64,000 bases of DNA from Clostridia bacterium (lineage in GTDB: Bacteria; Bacillota; Clostridia; TANB77; CAG-465): contig JAFYUV010000017.1 of the NCBI GenBank assembly GCA_017549425.1, positions 244,007-308,006 of the forward strand, in the 5' to 3' direction. The notes below the pieces were generated by a model. The model searched no databases. It was given only the letters and a program-made list of their open reading frames with translations, and was not told the DNA's origin. The translations under genes were made by a program, and so were the position numbers. Shown one piece after another: positions 1 to 10,100 of the stretch. Numbering within the stretch: position 1 is the first letter of the stretch; each line of letters begins with the position of its first letter.

Positions 1-1375
1 TCGCGTGTGACAGAGAATGGGTAACTCCAGAACCATCACCAATGATATATAATCCTTTAATTTTTGTTTCAAGGTTATCATCTACTTCAACTTCGGAATT
101 GTAGAATTTAACTTCTACTCCATAAAGTAGAGTATCAGGATTGGCCGTTCCCGGAGCAATTTTATCTAAGGCGTAGATCATTTCGATGATGTCATCAAGC
201 TGCCTTTTGGGAAGAACCAGACTTAAGTCGCCAGGTGTGGCAGATAAAGTAGGTTTAACGAAGCCTTTTTGCATTCTTTTATGAGTACTACGTTGACCTT
301 TTATTAAGTCTCCGAATTGCTGAACAAGGAGTCCACCACCCAACATGTTTGAAAGCCTGGCAATAGATTCTCCATATTCATTACTGTTTTCAAATGGTTC
401 TGTAAAATGATTCGATACAAGAAGTGCAAAATTTGTGTTGTTGCTGTACATGCTTGGGTCGTTATAACTATGTCCGTTTGCTGTAATAATTCCTCTTGTA
501 TTTTCGTTTACAACTATACCGTGAGGGTTCATACAGAAAGTCCGTACTAGGTCGCTGTATTTTTTTGTTTTAAATACAAGCTTACCTTCATATACGTCAG
601 AAGTGATATGCTCAAAAATTTCTGCCGGAAGTTCAACTCTTACACCAATGTCTACCTTGTTGCTTGTGGTTTTAATTCCAAGAGTAGAGCAAAGGTTTCC
701 TATCCATTTGGAACCAGAACGACCTGCAGCAACAACAAGATTGGTAGCAAAGTAATAGAATTCTTCTAGTTCTGTTCTGTATATTACTTTAAATCTTAAT
801 TTGAATTTAGATGTATCATCTTTAAAAACTGAATAATCTTCTACATCTAAAACCTCTGTGTTGAATTTAATAGTAACACCTGCGTTTATAAGATGATTAT
901 ACAAATTTTCAAGCACTTTATAATTCACATCTGTTCCAAGGTGTCTAACTTTGGCGTCAAGCAGGTTTAAACCATGTTGTCTGGCAAGTTTCCTTAAAGG
1001 CGTGTCTGATGTTGAGTACATTTTGGTGCCTTCTCCGCCAAAAGATAGGTTTATTGTATCAACATACTCCATGAGTTCGATTGCTTTTTCTTCTCCGACA
1101 TGTTCATATAACTTACCACCAAAGTTGTTTGTGATGTTATACTTTCCATCCGAAAAAGCTCCAGCGCCACCAAAGCCGTGCATAATACTGCAATTTTTGC
1201 ATTTTATGCAATTTTTTACTTTGCCAGCTGAAATGGGGCAAACTCTTTTTGAAAGTTCGCTCCCTTTTTCTAAAATACAAATTTTTAACTTAGGGTCTAA
1301 CCGTATCGCTTCATAAGCGGTAAAGATGCTTGCAGGGCCAGCACCTACAATAATAAGGTCAAAATAATCATGCAT
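1..1375 (-). CDS. FAD-dependent oxidoreductase/dehydrogenase, 3' end runs off window
   Basis: Not in ORF track. ATG at 1375 after GGAGG; translates MHDYFDLIIVGAGPASIF (GxGxxS/G Rossmann-like), later VRTFCMNPHG and GLYIIGDGSGVTHSLSHA in the same frame. Confidence 0.85.
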   Translation of the reverse strand, partial: MHDYFDLIIVGAGPASIFTAYEAIRLDPKLKICILEKGSELSKRVCPISAGKVKNCIKCKNCSIMHGFGGAGAFSDGKYNITNNFGGKLYEHVGEEKAIELMEYVDTINLSFGGEGTKMYSTSDTPLRKLARQHGLNLLDAKVRHLGTDVNYKVLENLYNHLINAGVTIKFNTEVLDVEDYSVFKDDTSKFKLRFKVIYRTELEEFYYFATNLVVAAGRSGSKWIGNLCSTLGIKTTSNKVDIGVRVELPAEIFEHITSDVYEGKLVFKTKKYSDLVRTFCMNPHGIVVNENTRGIITANGHSYNDPSMYSNNTNFALLVSNHFTEPFENSNEYGESIARLSNMLGGGLLVQQFGDLIKGQRSTHKRMQKGFVKPTLSATPGDLSLVLPKRQLDDIIEMIYALDKIAPGTANPDTLLYGVEVKFYNSEVEVDDNLETKIKGLYIIGDGSGVTHSLSHA

Positions 1376-1532
1376 TTTTCTTTTCCTCCAAATAATTATT
1401 TGTTATTCAAATAGTTAATTAGCAAATTAACTATAACCTAGAAATTACAGATATATTATACAAAAAGTAAACATAAAAGTCAATTACGGGCTATGTAGCA
1501 TAAGTTAATTAAATATTAAATATAATTAAAAT

Positions 1533-2819
1533 ATGTTAGAATTGATTATATCAAAGATTAATGATTTTATATGGGGAGTTCCTTTTGTATCTATTTTAGC
1601 AATACTTGGAATATATCTTACTATTAAGCTTAAGATGCCGCAAATAAAGAGTTTTTTATCGATAAAGGGATTGTTTTCAAAAGAAGATAAAAACTCTAAA
1701 ATAACTCCTTTTAAAGCGCTTATGAGTATATTGGCGGGGACTTTAGGTATTGGAAATATAACTGGAGTGGCAAGTGCCATTATAATAGGGGGGATAGGCT
1801 CAATATTTTGGCTATTTGTATCAGGATTTATTGCAGTTGCTATTTCTTATGCAGAAAATTATTTGGTGTTAAAAAACAGGAAATATGATTCTAAATCAGG
1901 TACTTATGGTGGGGCGATGTATATTTTAGATGAAGTTTTAGAAAAAAGAAAAATAGCGGAGTTATTTTGCATTTTTACGTTATTTGCTACAGTTGGAATG
2001 GGGGCTATGGTCCAATCTAATTCTTTAACAAAAATATTAACTAGTAATTTTAGTTTAAGTGGTACATTTGTAGCTATAACTTTAACCATAATTGCAGGAT
2101 ATATTGTTTTGGGTGGTAAATATAGAATTGCAAAGATAAATAGCGTTTTAATTCCTGTATGTACAATAATATATGTTTGTCTATGTCTTGGTATAATATT
2201 TTTAAATATTGATAATATAGGATTTGCTTTAAAGAATATATTGTTAGACGCATTTGGATTTAAACCGGTAGTGGGAGCTGTTGTTGGAATTAGCATTATG
2301 AAATGTATAAGTACTGGATTTTGTAGTGGGATGTTTTCAAACGAGGCGGGAATGGGAAGTGCACCAATATTTTCAGCTTGTACAGAGGAAGATAAAGATG
2401 TAAAAAAATTATCTTATATAATGTCATATAGTGTTTTTGTAGATACAATATTCTTATGTGTATTAACAGGAATTACTATTGCAGTTTCTAATAGCTATAT
2501 GTTTCCAAATGTAATAGATATGTTAAATAACACTTTTGGTACAGTACCTTTTGGGAATATACTTCTTATTATTTGCATGGCTGTTTTTGTGATAGCTACT
2601 ATTCCTTGTTGGGAGTTTTATGGTGAACAAGTTATAAAATTCTTATTTGGTAAGAAATATAATATGTTTTTGTTTAAAATAATATATTTAATTTCAGTAT
2701 ATTTTGGATGTCTTTTGAGTATAAATATAGTGTGGGATTTATCTAATATTTCCAACGCATTAATGGCAATTCCAAATATTTATATGATTGTAAAATTAAG
2801 AAATACCATTGAAAGTTAG
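1533..2819 (+). CDS. Alanine/glycine:cation symporter (AGCS family)
   Basis: Polytopic membrane protein with GTLGIGNITGVA and GMFSNEAGMGSAP motifs. Confidence 0.9.
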   Translation: MLELIISKINDFIWGVPFVSILAILGIYLTIKLKMPQIKSFLSIKGLFSKEDKNSKITPFKALMSILAGTLGIGNITGVASAIIIGGIGSIFWLFVSGFIAVAISYAENYLVLKNRKYDSKSGTYGGAMYILDEVLEKRKIAELFCIFTLFATVGMGAMVQSNSLTKILTSNFSLSGTFVAITLTIIAGYIVLGGKYRIAKINSVLIPVCTIIYVCLCLGIIFLNIDNIGFALKNILLDAFGFKPVVGAVVGISIMKCISTGFCSGMFSNEAGMGSAPIFSACTEEDKDVKKLSYIMSYSVFVDTIFLCVLTGITIAVSNSYMFPNVIDMLNNTFGTVPFGNILLIICMAVFVIATIPCWEFYGEQVIKFLFGKKYNMFLFKIIYLISVYFGCLLSINIVWDLSNISNALMAIPNIYMIVKLRNTIES

Positions 2820-2858
2820 AACAATATTAAAAAAATTGAAAAATTAACAATAATTGTA

Positions 2859-2886
2859 TTGACAATTTTAAAAAATATTGTATAAT
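2859..2886 (+). promoter_or_regulatory. Sigma-A promoter of tRNA-Gly
   Basis: TTGACA (2859-2864), 16 nt, TATAAT (2881-2886) just upstream of the tRNA. Confidence 0.75.
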
Positions 2887-2902
2887 TAATAATGTACTCG
2901 AT

Positions 2903-2976
<74 letters not shown>

Positions 2977-2980
2977 TTTG

Positions 2981-3020
2981 AAAACAACTTACGATGCCAT
3001 AAAGGTTCGTAAGTTGTTTT
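2981..3020. terminator. Inverted repeat, probable bidirectional terminator
   Basis: AAAACAACTTACGA...TCGTAAGTTGTTTT between tRNA-Gly and a convergent gene. Confidence 0.65.
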
Positions 3021-3058
3021 GTTGTATTATTACTTAATAAGGTATGAATGATTAATTT

Positions 3059-4021
3059 TTAAATATTGCGTAATTTTTTATAAACATTTGAAAAATCAGT
3101 ATACATTTTACCAAATCTACCATAATGTTTTATTTCACAATCTACAATCATTTTTAAAATTACGTAAAGTCTATATATTTCAATTCTTACATATTCAGCG
3201 TAATTAAGTTTTTTATTTCCATATCCCAGTAAAAAGTAATTATCATTTTTCCCGTTTGGTAAGTGAAAGTAGAAAGACATTAGTTCATCACAATAAAAAG
3301 TATCAGTAAAGTCTACTATTCCAGAGATTTGTCCATTTTTTATTAATATGTTTCCATCCCACAAATCAGTATTACATAAGCATAGGTTTGATATGTTTTT
3401 TAATTCTTTTTCTTTAGAGCAAATTAATTGAAGTATTTGTTTACTTGTTATGCCTTCAATATTAATATTGTATTTATTATATATATTTAATAATTGTTTA
3501 AACATACATAAAACTAATTCATAATTATTTTTGAAAGTTTTACCATGAAAAGCTGGGATGTAGAAATGGTCTTTTTTTATTGAACAGATCTTTTTAGTGA
3601 TTTGTCCAATGGAATACGAAATACTATTTTTTTGTTCAATAGTCAAGTTTTCTTTACATTCAGAATAAGTATTTCCTTCCATATAATTCATGATAATGAA
3701 AGGGTAATTAAATTTTTCTATTCCGTCACTATAATATATAAGTTTTGGGGACATAATATTTAAATTTTTAATTTCTTCTAAAACTTTAGCTTCCCACCAT
3801 AAGGTATTTTCATCAATAGGGGCTACGCTTTTATTGCGTGAAGGCCCCATTTTAACAATGTATTTGGTTTTGCCATCGTCCATTAAATATACCCTATTTT
3901 TTAGTCCGCCACTTAATTTTTTTATACCAAGATTTTTTGGCTTTTTTTTAAATGCGGCATTATATATTTCATAAAATGTAGTATTTGTTAAATTAGAATT
4001 ACACATTTTTTTCACCTTCAT
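3059..4021 (-). CDS. Aminoglycoside phosphotransferase/choline kinase-like protein
   Basis: LSGGLKNRVY nucleotide loop, catalytic NTDLWDGNILI (HxDxxxxN variant), GIVDF metal-binding motif. Confidence 0.8.
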   Translation of the reverse strand: MKVKKMCNSNLTNTTFYEIYNAAFKKKPKNLGIKKLSGGLKNRVYLMDDGKTKYIVKMGPSRNKSVAPIDENTLWWEAKVLEEIKNLNIMSPKLIYYSDGIEKFNYPFIIMNYMEGNTYSECKENLTIEQKNSISYSIGQITKKICSIKKDHFYIPAFHGKTFKNNYELVLCMFKQLLNIYNKYNINIEGITSKQILQLICSKEKELKNISNLCLCNTDLWDGNILIKNGQISGIVDFTDTFYCDELMSFYFHLPNGKNDNYFLLGYGNKKLNYAEYVRIEIYRLYVILKMIVDCEIKHYGRFGKMYTDFSNVYKKLRNI

Positions 4022-5858
4022 ATTTATCTATATACTTTCTTAAAACTTTATCTGTTAATTCAAATTCACTATTATTCATAGTCAAATGAAATATATTATC
4101 AAAAGCATATTTATCAATTTTTTGTTTGTATTCATTTCTAATATTTCTTTTTAAAGTTGCTACAGATTCAAATTGAAAGCCCTTTAAGTTGTTTGTATAT
4201 TCATAAAAATTGATAGGTATACTTGCTCTTACAATCACAATTTCATTATTTTCAAATTGATCTTTTAATGTTGCGTATTTGATAAATGGTATGCCTTCAG
4301 CTTCGTGGTTTTTTACATATATATCTTTTATAAAATTTTCATATCTATTTTTTAAATCTATTTTGATTACTTCATTAACACATCCGGCTTTATTAATTAT
4401 ATCTATAATTTCATTTTTATATTTACCGTTTAATGAATTCCAAATAATGCCTATACAAGGAAGCTCTTTTTTATAAATTTCATTTTCTTTAAAAATATTC
4501 TTTTGTAAATATAACTTTAAAATATCGATAACATTATTAAAACACCTATATTTATAAACATTTTCTGTATTAATAATTAATTTATGAAGACTATTATAAA
4601 TATTTAATATTTGCTCTTTAAATTCTTCTTTTTTTAAAATACCTTTATTATAATCTCTTAAATAATATTTAAGTATATGAACATAACTATTATATAAAAT
4701 TTTATCTGCTGCATCCTGATAACTTGAACCATATGATAATAATTCATTACATTCTGTAATTGCCCATTCTGCCAAATTAAAAAATCTTTCCGAAAATTTA
4801 TTGGCTGTTAAAGAATCTGATTCTTTTTTAATATAGTGGTAAAGAGGTATTTTGATTTGAGTAAACACCAACCCTTTTTTACATAATTGTAGAGTAAAAT
4901 CAGAGTCTTCTTTAAAACAATCGGTTCTAAATTTTAAGTTTTTAATAGCACTTAATTTATATAATTTGTCCCATGTTGCAATACTAATAACATCATTTGC
5001 GTATGCATTAATTAAATCGAGTCTGTTAGATTCTCTATTAATTTTCAAATTTTCAAATTTTGTAATAATTGTGTTATCTTTATTATGAATAAACATGCCG
5101 CATTCACATATGTCTGCATTATTATTAATAATTTGTTTTAGCATAACTTCAACATAATTATATTCTATATAATCATCAGCATCTATAAATGCAATATAAT
5201 CGCCGCAGGCAATTTCAATTCCTTTGTTCCTTGTAGCGCTTAATCCAGCATTTTTTTGATGTATAACTTTTATTCTTTTATCTATTTGACTATATAAAGT
5301 AATTATTTCTAATGAGTTATCTACTGAACCATCATCTATTAATAGAATTTCAATATTTTTATAAGATTGTTTTAATATACTATCTATACATTTATTTAAA
5401 TATTTTGAAGCGTTATATATGGGAACAACAATAGAAACTTTAACGTTATTATTAAAATTAAATTCTAATGAATTTTCTAATCTTTCTTCCCATCCATCAT
5501 AGTTAATATTAAGAGAGAGATTATAATATGTAATTTCTGGATTATATTGTATTATGCAAGGCTCAGTTCGTTCTACACCTATTTCATTAATTTTATTATT
5601 ATGATTTATTTCGATTATGTAATCGCATAAATCTAAATAATCTTTATAATCCGATATGTTTTTTAAATCAATAACTACATTATGCTCTTTAGTGCTATCT
5701 GTAATGATTTTATCTATTGTTTTTTTGTTATTTAGTGTAAGAATTTGATTATTAGTTAAACCGTCAATATCTAACACCAGATAATTTTTTTCATTAAAAT
5801 ATTTTTTTATTTTTTCTTTTCCTTTTATTGTATTGTTATTTCCAATTCCTATAATCAT
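3999..5858 (-). CDS. Multidomain GT2 glycosyltransferase
   Basis: VSIVVPIYNASKYL, IDDGSVD, NAGLSATRNKG, FIDADD motifs with unassigned N- and C-terminal extensions; start reassigned to ATG 5858 after AAGGAGG. Confidence 0.85.
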   Translation of the reverse strand: MIIGIGNNNTIKGKEKIKKYFNEKNYLVLDIDGLTNNQILTLNNKKTIDKIITDSTKEHNVVIDLKNISDYKDYLDLCDYIIEINHNNKINEIGVERTEPCIIQYNPEITYYNLSLNINYDGWEERLENSLEFNFNNNVKVSIVVPIYNASKYLNKCIDSILKQSYKNIEILLIDDGSVDNSLEIITLYSQIDKRIKVIHQKNAGLSATRNKGIEIACGDYIAFIDADDYIEYNYVEVMLKQIINNNADICECGMFIHNKDNTIITKFENLKINRESNRLDLINAYANDVISIATWDKLYKLSAIKNLKFRTDCFKEDSDFTLQLCKKGLVFTQIKIPLYHYIKKESDSLTANKFSERFFNLAEWAITECNELLSYGSSYQDAADKILYNSYVHILKYYLRDYNKGILKKEEFKEQILNIYNSLHKLIINTENVYKYRCFNNVIDILKLYLQKNIFKENEIYKKELPCIGIIWNSLNGKYKNEIIDIINKAGCVNEVIKIDLKNRYENFIKDIYVKNHEAEGIPFIKYATLKDQFENNEIVIVRASIPINFYEYTNNLKGFQFESVATLKRNIRNEYKQKIDKYAFDNIFHLTMNNSEFELTDKVLRKYIDKYEGEKNV

Positions 5859-6003
5859 AACAAGACCTCCTTCATGGCTTAATTTTATATGAAGAAACAA
5901 ACTAATAAAAGTAGAAAAAAAATTGACTTTTTTAAAAAAATTCCAGGAATTTCTTTATGTGCAATTGAATTTGTAGTATAATAGTTAAAAAGGAAGTGAT
6001 ATT

Positions 6004-7488
6004 ATGACTGGGGAAGAGTTGCTTGATACAATAAATATAAAAACCTTTCCGGAATTAATTATTAAACAATTAAGAAAGAATAATGTTAATACTAAGATAA
6101 AAAACTTAAGAGCTTTTTATACTTTTTTACTTTCTAAAATAAATGAAGATGTTAAAAATTCATACTTAAATAGAATTTTAAAATATCTGTCATTTAGCGA
6201 ATCAAGTGAAATATTAATTCTAGAAGATATAAAAAATGGAATATATGAAGAAACCGTAACAAAAGCATTTAAAGAAATAAGTGATGAAATTGATAAATAT
6301 GATGACAATTTATTATTTTATAATCGTTTAAGAGATTCTTGTAAATTTATATATTTTAATAATAATGAAATATATGAGCTTACAAAGGAATTTGACTACC
6401 ATCATAAATTTCTTTATTTGCTTTTTGTACATGCTTGTGATAATTATAAAATCAATACCCCAAACATATTAGCAGAAAGGATTTTAAGAGAGTCTTATTG
6501 TTTGAATATTGGAAATGAATCTAAACGTGTTTTACTCAAAGCATCAGCGGATTTAGGAAATAATCTAGCTTGTCTTTTATATGGAATAGTAATATATGAT
6601 GATTTTAATGAAAGATTTAAATACTACCTAAAGGGAAAGGGCATGACTGAATGTATTTGGGAAATGGCGTTTATAATAGAACACTATGAAATTAATGAAG
6701 AGCAATTTAAAATTATATTAAAAGAATATAAAGAAATTATATATGAGGGAGAACAATTTCTAAAAAAAGATATTACAATATTGGAAGAAACTACAGATTT
6801 TGAGAAAAAATGTCTCATAACAGCTTTAAAAATGTATCTTTATTTAGCTAATATAAGAAATTATTCAAAAGCATATTGTAGCGTAGGCAAATTCTTTCTT
6901 GCAGATAAGGTGGCAATAGTAGATGATAAAAATAAAATAAATAAATTAGTATCTGAAGAAATTGCTTTAGAATATACTAAGAAAGCTATAAAATTGAGTA
7001 ATATTCCAGCAATGCAAAATTTAGCATCTTATTACTATAATAATAAAGAACCTAATGATATAAATATTAAGCAGTTACTTCAAATAGGGGCAAATGCTAA
7101 AGATATGTTATCAAATGTTTATTTATCAAAAGTATTATTAGAAGAAAACAAAACAAATGAAGCAGAAAAATATTTAAAATATATCTCTAAGGGAGATAAT
7201 GGCGAAGCTCAATATGAATTGGCTAAGATTTATGAAAATAAATCAAAAATAAATGAGGCCATTATGTATTATGAAAAAGCTATTCAAAATCAATATTATA
7301 AAGCAGCAATTAACTTGGGGAAAATATATTTTAATAAGTATATGGATGAAATAGCAACTGTAAATAATAAGAATGGATATTTATTGTTAGCTATAAATTT
7401 AATTGAAAAATATATTATGGAATATGACGATGAAACTAGAAAGGAAGCTGAATTTTTATTAAATAATATGAAAAGTATTTCTAAATAA
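6004..7488 (+). CDS. Sel1/TPR-repeat protein
   Basis: Repeats such as ASADLGNNLACLLYG, AMQNLASYY, GEAQYELAKIYE, AIMYYEKAIQNQYYKAAINLG. Confidence 0.7.
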   Translation: MTGEELLDTINIKTFPELIIKQLRKNNVNTKIKNLRAFYTFLLSKINEDVKNSYLNRILKYLSFSESSEILILEDIKNGIYEETVTKAFKEISDEIDKYDDNLLFYNRLRDSCKFIYFNNNEIYELTKEFDYHHKFLYLLFVHACDNYKINTPNILAERILRESYCLNIGNESKRVLLKASADLGNNLACLLYGIVIYDDFNERFKYYLKGKGMTECIWEMAFIIEHYEINEEQFKIILKEYKEIIYEGEQFLKKDITILEETTDFEKKCLITALKMYLYLANIRNYSKAYCSVGKFFLADKVAIVDDKNKINKLVSEEIALEYTKKAIKLSNIPAMQNLASYYYNNKEPNDINIKQLLQIGANAKDMLSNVYLSKVLLEENKTNEAEKYLKYISKGDNGEAQYELAKIYENKSKINEAIMYYEKAIQNQYYKAAINLGKIYFNKYMDEIATVNNKNGYLLLAINLIEKYIMEYDDETRKEAEFLLNNMKSISK

Positions 7489-7595
7489 AAGTAGATATCC
7501 TAGAATGTATAAAATAAATAACAAAAAAATTATGTTAAATATTGTTTAAAGAGGCATGTTGTGCTAATATATATAATTAATAAGGGTGTGATATA

Positions 7596-7976
7596 ATGAA
7601 AAATGATATGATAGTTAAAAAATGTGCTAAATGTGGTGCTATGGTTTTAACATTTAAAGATTGTTCTTGTAAAGAGTGTGGAATTAAGTGCTGCTTTGAG
7701 GAAATGAAGATATTAGAGCCAAACTCTGTTGAAGCTAGTTTTGAAAAACATTTACCAAGCTATAAAGTGGTTGGAGATAAAATAATAGCAGAAGTAGGTC
7801 ATGTAATGGAAGAAGAACACTATATCGAATGGATAGTGTATGTTTCAGATAATAAGCAAGATATTCGTTATTTTGATGCGGGAATGAATGCAGTAGCAGA
7901 ATTTGATTATGAAAAAGGCGGAAAACTTTATTCATATTGTAACAAACATGGTTTATGGATGAAAGAAGTTGAATAA
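7596..7976 (+). CDS. Desulfoferrodoxin / superoxide reductase
   Basis: CAKC...CC N-terminal domain, EKHLP, HVMEEEHYIEWI, YCNKHGLW. Confidence 0.92.
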   Translation: MKNDMIVKKCAKCGAMVLTFKDCSCKECGIKCCFEEMKILEPNSVEASFEKHLPSYKVVGDKIIAEVGHVMEEEHYIEWIVYVSDNKQDIRYFDAGMNAVAEFDYEKGGKLYSYCNKHGLWMKEVE

Positions 7977-8016
7977 AATAAATGAGTCACAAAAGTTTGT
8001 GGCTCATTTATTTTTT
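7976..8016. terminator. Bidirectional intrinsic terminator
   Basis: AAATAAATGAGTCACAAA/TTTGTGGCTCATTTATTT stem between convergent genes. Confidence 0.75.
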
Positions 8017-8030
8017 ATGTATATATAGTT

Positions 8031-8468
8031 TTATAAATATTGTTTCAGACTTTCAATAATTTCTTCTTGAAATTTTTTAAAGTTATAAGCTAATTCTAAA
8101 TCGGCTTTATTTACTTCTTTGGAGTATTCACTAATTTTCTTTTCCATATCTATAGTTCCCATTGAAATACCTTTTATTAACATATCTGCAATAGCGGAAT
8201 CGCTATTATCTGAATCAACCTCTTTTTTTATAGAAGAACCAGCCATCATTTTGGCTATTATAGAATTGTTAGAAATCTCAGCATTTTCTTTTTGTAGAAG
8301 CTTTTTAGATTTCTCTTTCCATTCTTCATATTGTTTGAAAATATCTTCTAATAACTTTTTTATCTTATTATCTTTTTCTTTTAAATCATTCATTAGTTTT
8401 TTTAAAGTGAAACTAGACATTTCAGAATCTTGATAAATATGTAGAATAAGTTCATTGTTTTCTTTCAT
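8031..8468 (-). CDS. Conserved helical hypothetical protein (possibly ferritin-like)
   Basis: 145 aa ORF with AAGGAAG RBS; DNSDSAIADMLIKGISMG motif typical of a clostridial family. Confidence 0.6.
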   Translation of the reverse strand: MKENNELILHIYQDSEMSSFTLKKLMNDLKEKDNKIKKLLEDIFKQYEEWKEKSKKLLQKENAEISNNSIIAKMMAGSSIKKEVDSDNSDSAIADMLIKGISMGTIDMEKKISEYSKEVNKADLELAYNFKKFQEEIIESLKQYL

Positions 8469-8603
8469 AATATACTTCCTTTCATTTAAAATTAGTATTT
8501 CTTATTTTTAATAAAAAATACGTAAAAATAAAATAATTTAGTGGAAAAATATTTTTTATTTTAGATAAATGATATAATATAACAAAATGGAGATGAGTTT
8601 TAA

Positions 8604-8921
8604 ATGAAAGAAATTATAATTATATTAATACAATTGTTTATGTTTTATATATTTCCGCTTTTTGCAGGTCCGACAGATGCTATAGGAATGGTGTTATTAA
8701 TAATTTGGATGACGTTTATATTAAGTATGCTTATGGGAATTATTTCAACTAAGAAAACAAAATATATTTATCCTTTAGGTGTTGCTATTTTGTTTATTCC
8801 TAGCATATTTATATATTATAACAGTTCAGCTTCTATACATGCTGTTTGGTATTTAGTTGTAGCTTATGTTGGATTAGGAATTGGAATTGTACTTTCTTTA
8901 TTTTTTAAGAAAATAAAATAA
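8604..8921 (+). CDS. Small multi-pass membrane protein
   Basis: About four hydrophobic segments, GGAG RBS. Confidence 0.7.
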   Translation: MKEIIIILIQLFMFYIFPLFAGPTDAIGMVLLIIWMTFILSMLMGIISTKKTKYIYPLGVAILFIPSIFIYYNSSASIHAVWYLVVAYVGLGIGIVLSLFFKKIK

Positions 8922-8979
8922 CATTAGTTTATTAAAGATTAGTTTGTTAAAACAAATTAATCTTTTTTTTAATAAGGTA

Positions 8980-9029
8980 TTGACGATAGAAAAAATAAAT
9001 AGTATTATTGTATTAATAAAGTGATACAA
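8980..9029 (+). promoter_or_regulatory. Sigma-A promoter and GntR/YtrA-type operator
   Basis: TTGACG-17-TATTAT followed by inverted repeat TTGTATTA...TGATACAA (9008-9029) before the GntR gene. Confidence 0.6.
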
Positions 9030-9039
9030 GGGAGGGAAA

Positions 9040-9405
9040 ATGGATTTTTTATTTGACAACGAAAGACCGATATATATTCAATTAGTAGAAAAATTGCGAA
9101 TTGAAATAGTTTCTGGTAAATTAAGGCCTGGAGAAAGAATACTTTCGGTAAGAGAATTAGCACTTAATCTTAAAGTAAATCCTAATACTATGCAAAAAGC
9201 TCTAGTAGAATTGGAAAATGAAGGGTTAGTGTATACCGAAAGAACAAACGGAAAATTTGTAACGCAAAATGATAATCTAATTGAAAACTTAAAAAAGAAA
9301 ATGGCAGAGGAAAAAGTCAATAAGTATTTAGAAGATATGTTGGATTTGGGTATAGATAATAAAGAGGCTTTAAAATACTTAAAAGAAATAGGAGGTAAAT
9401 TTTAA
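9040..9405 (+). CDS. GntR-family (YtrA subfamily) regulator
   Basis: PIYIQL...PGERILSVRELA...VNPNTMQKAL winged helix, short C-terminus. Confidence 0.92.
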   Translation: MDFLFDNERPIYIQLVEKLRIEIVSGKLRPGERILSVRELALNLKVNPNTMQKALVELENEGLVYTERTNGKFVTQNDNLIENLKKKMAEEKVNKYLEDMLDLGIDNKEALKYLKEIGGKF

Positions 9406-10100
9406 TGGAATTATTAGAATGTAAAAATATTTACAAAAATTTTGATGATAAAGAAGTGTTGAAAGATGTTAATTTAAAGATACAAAAGGGTAAGATAATT
9501 GGACTTTTGGGGAAAAATGGCACAGGGAAATCTACTTTAATAAAATTAATAAATGATTTGTTGACTCCTACAAGTGGTGAAATTTTAATTAATGGTAAAA
9601 AACCTGGAGTAGAATCAAAAGATATAATAGCATATTTACCAGAGAGAACATATTTAGATAAGGAAATGAAAGTAAAGGATGCTATTTTGTATTTTGAAGA
9701 ATTTTATACAAACTTTGATAAAAACAAAGCAGTTAAACTTTTAAAAGATTTAGATTTAGATATTAATACTAAGATTTCTAAAATGTCTAAAGGAATGCAG
9801 GAGAAACTACAGTTAATTTTAGTAATGAGTAGAAATGCTCAGTTGTACATTTTGGATGAGCCTTTAGGTGGAGTAGATCCTGCTACGAGAGATTATATAT
9901 TAGATACAATATTGACTAACTTTTGTGAAGGCGCTAGTGTAATAATATTTACACATTTAATAGCTGATATAGAGAGAATATTAGATGAAGTTATATTTAT
10001 AGATAAAGGGGAAATTGTGTTGACATCTTCTGCGGATGAATTAAGGAATAAAGAGAATGCATCTATAGATGAAATTTTTAGGAGGTATTTTAAATGTTAG
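9405..10100 (+). CDS. ABC transporter ATP-binding protein
   Basis: Walker A GKNGTGKST, signature MSKGM, Walker B YILDEP. Confidence 0.93.
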   Translation: MELLECKNIYKNFDDKEVLKDVNLKIQKGKIIGLLGKNGTGKSTLIKLINDLLTPTSGEILINGKKPGVESKDIIAYLPERTYLDKEMKVKDAILYFEEFYTNFDKNKAVKLLKDLDLDINTKISKMSKGMQEKLQLILVMSRNAQLYILDEPLGGVDPATRDYILDTILTNFCEGASVIIFTHLIADIERILDEVIFIDKGEIVLTSSADELRNKENASIDEIFRRYFKC

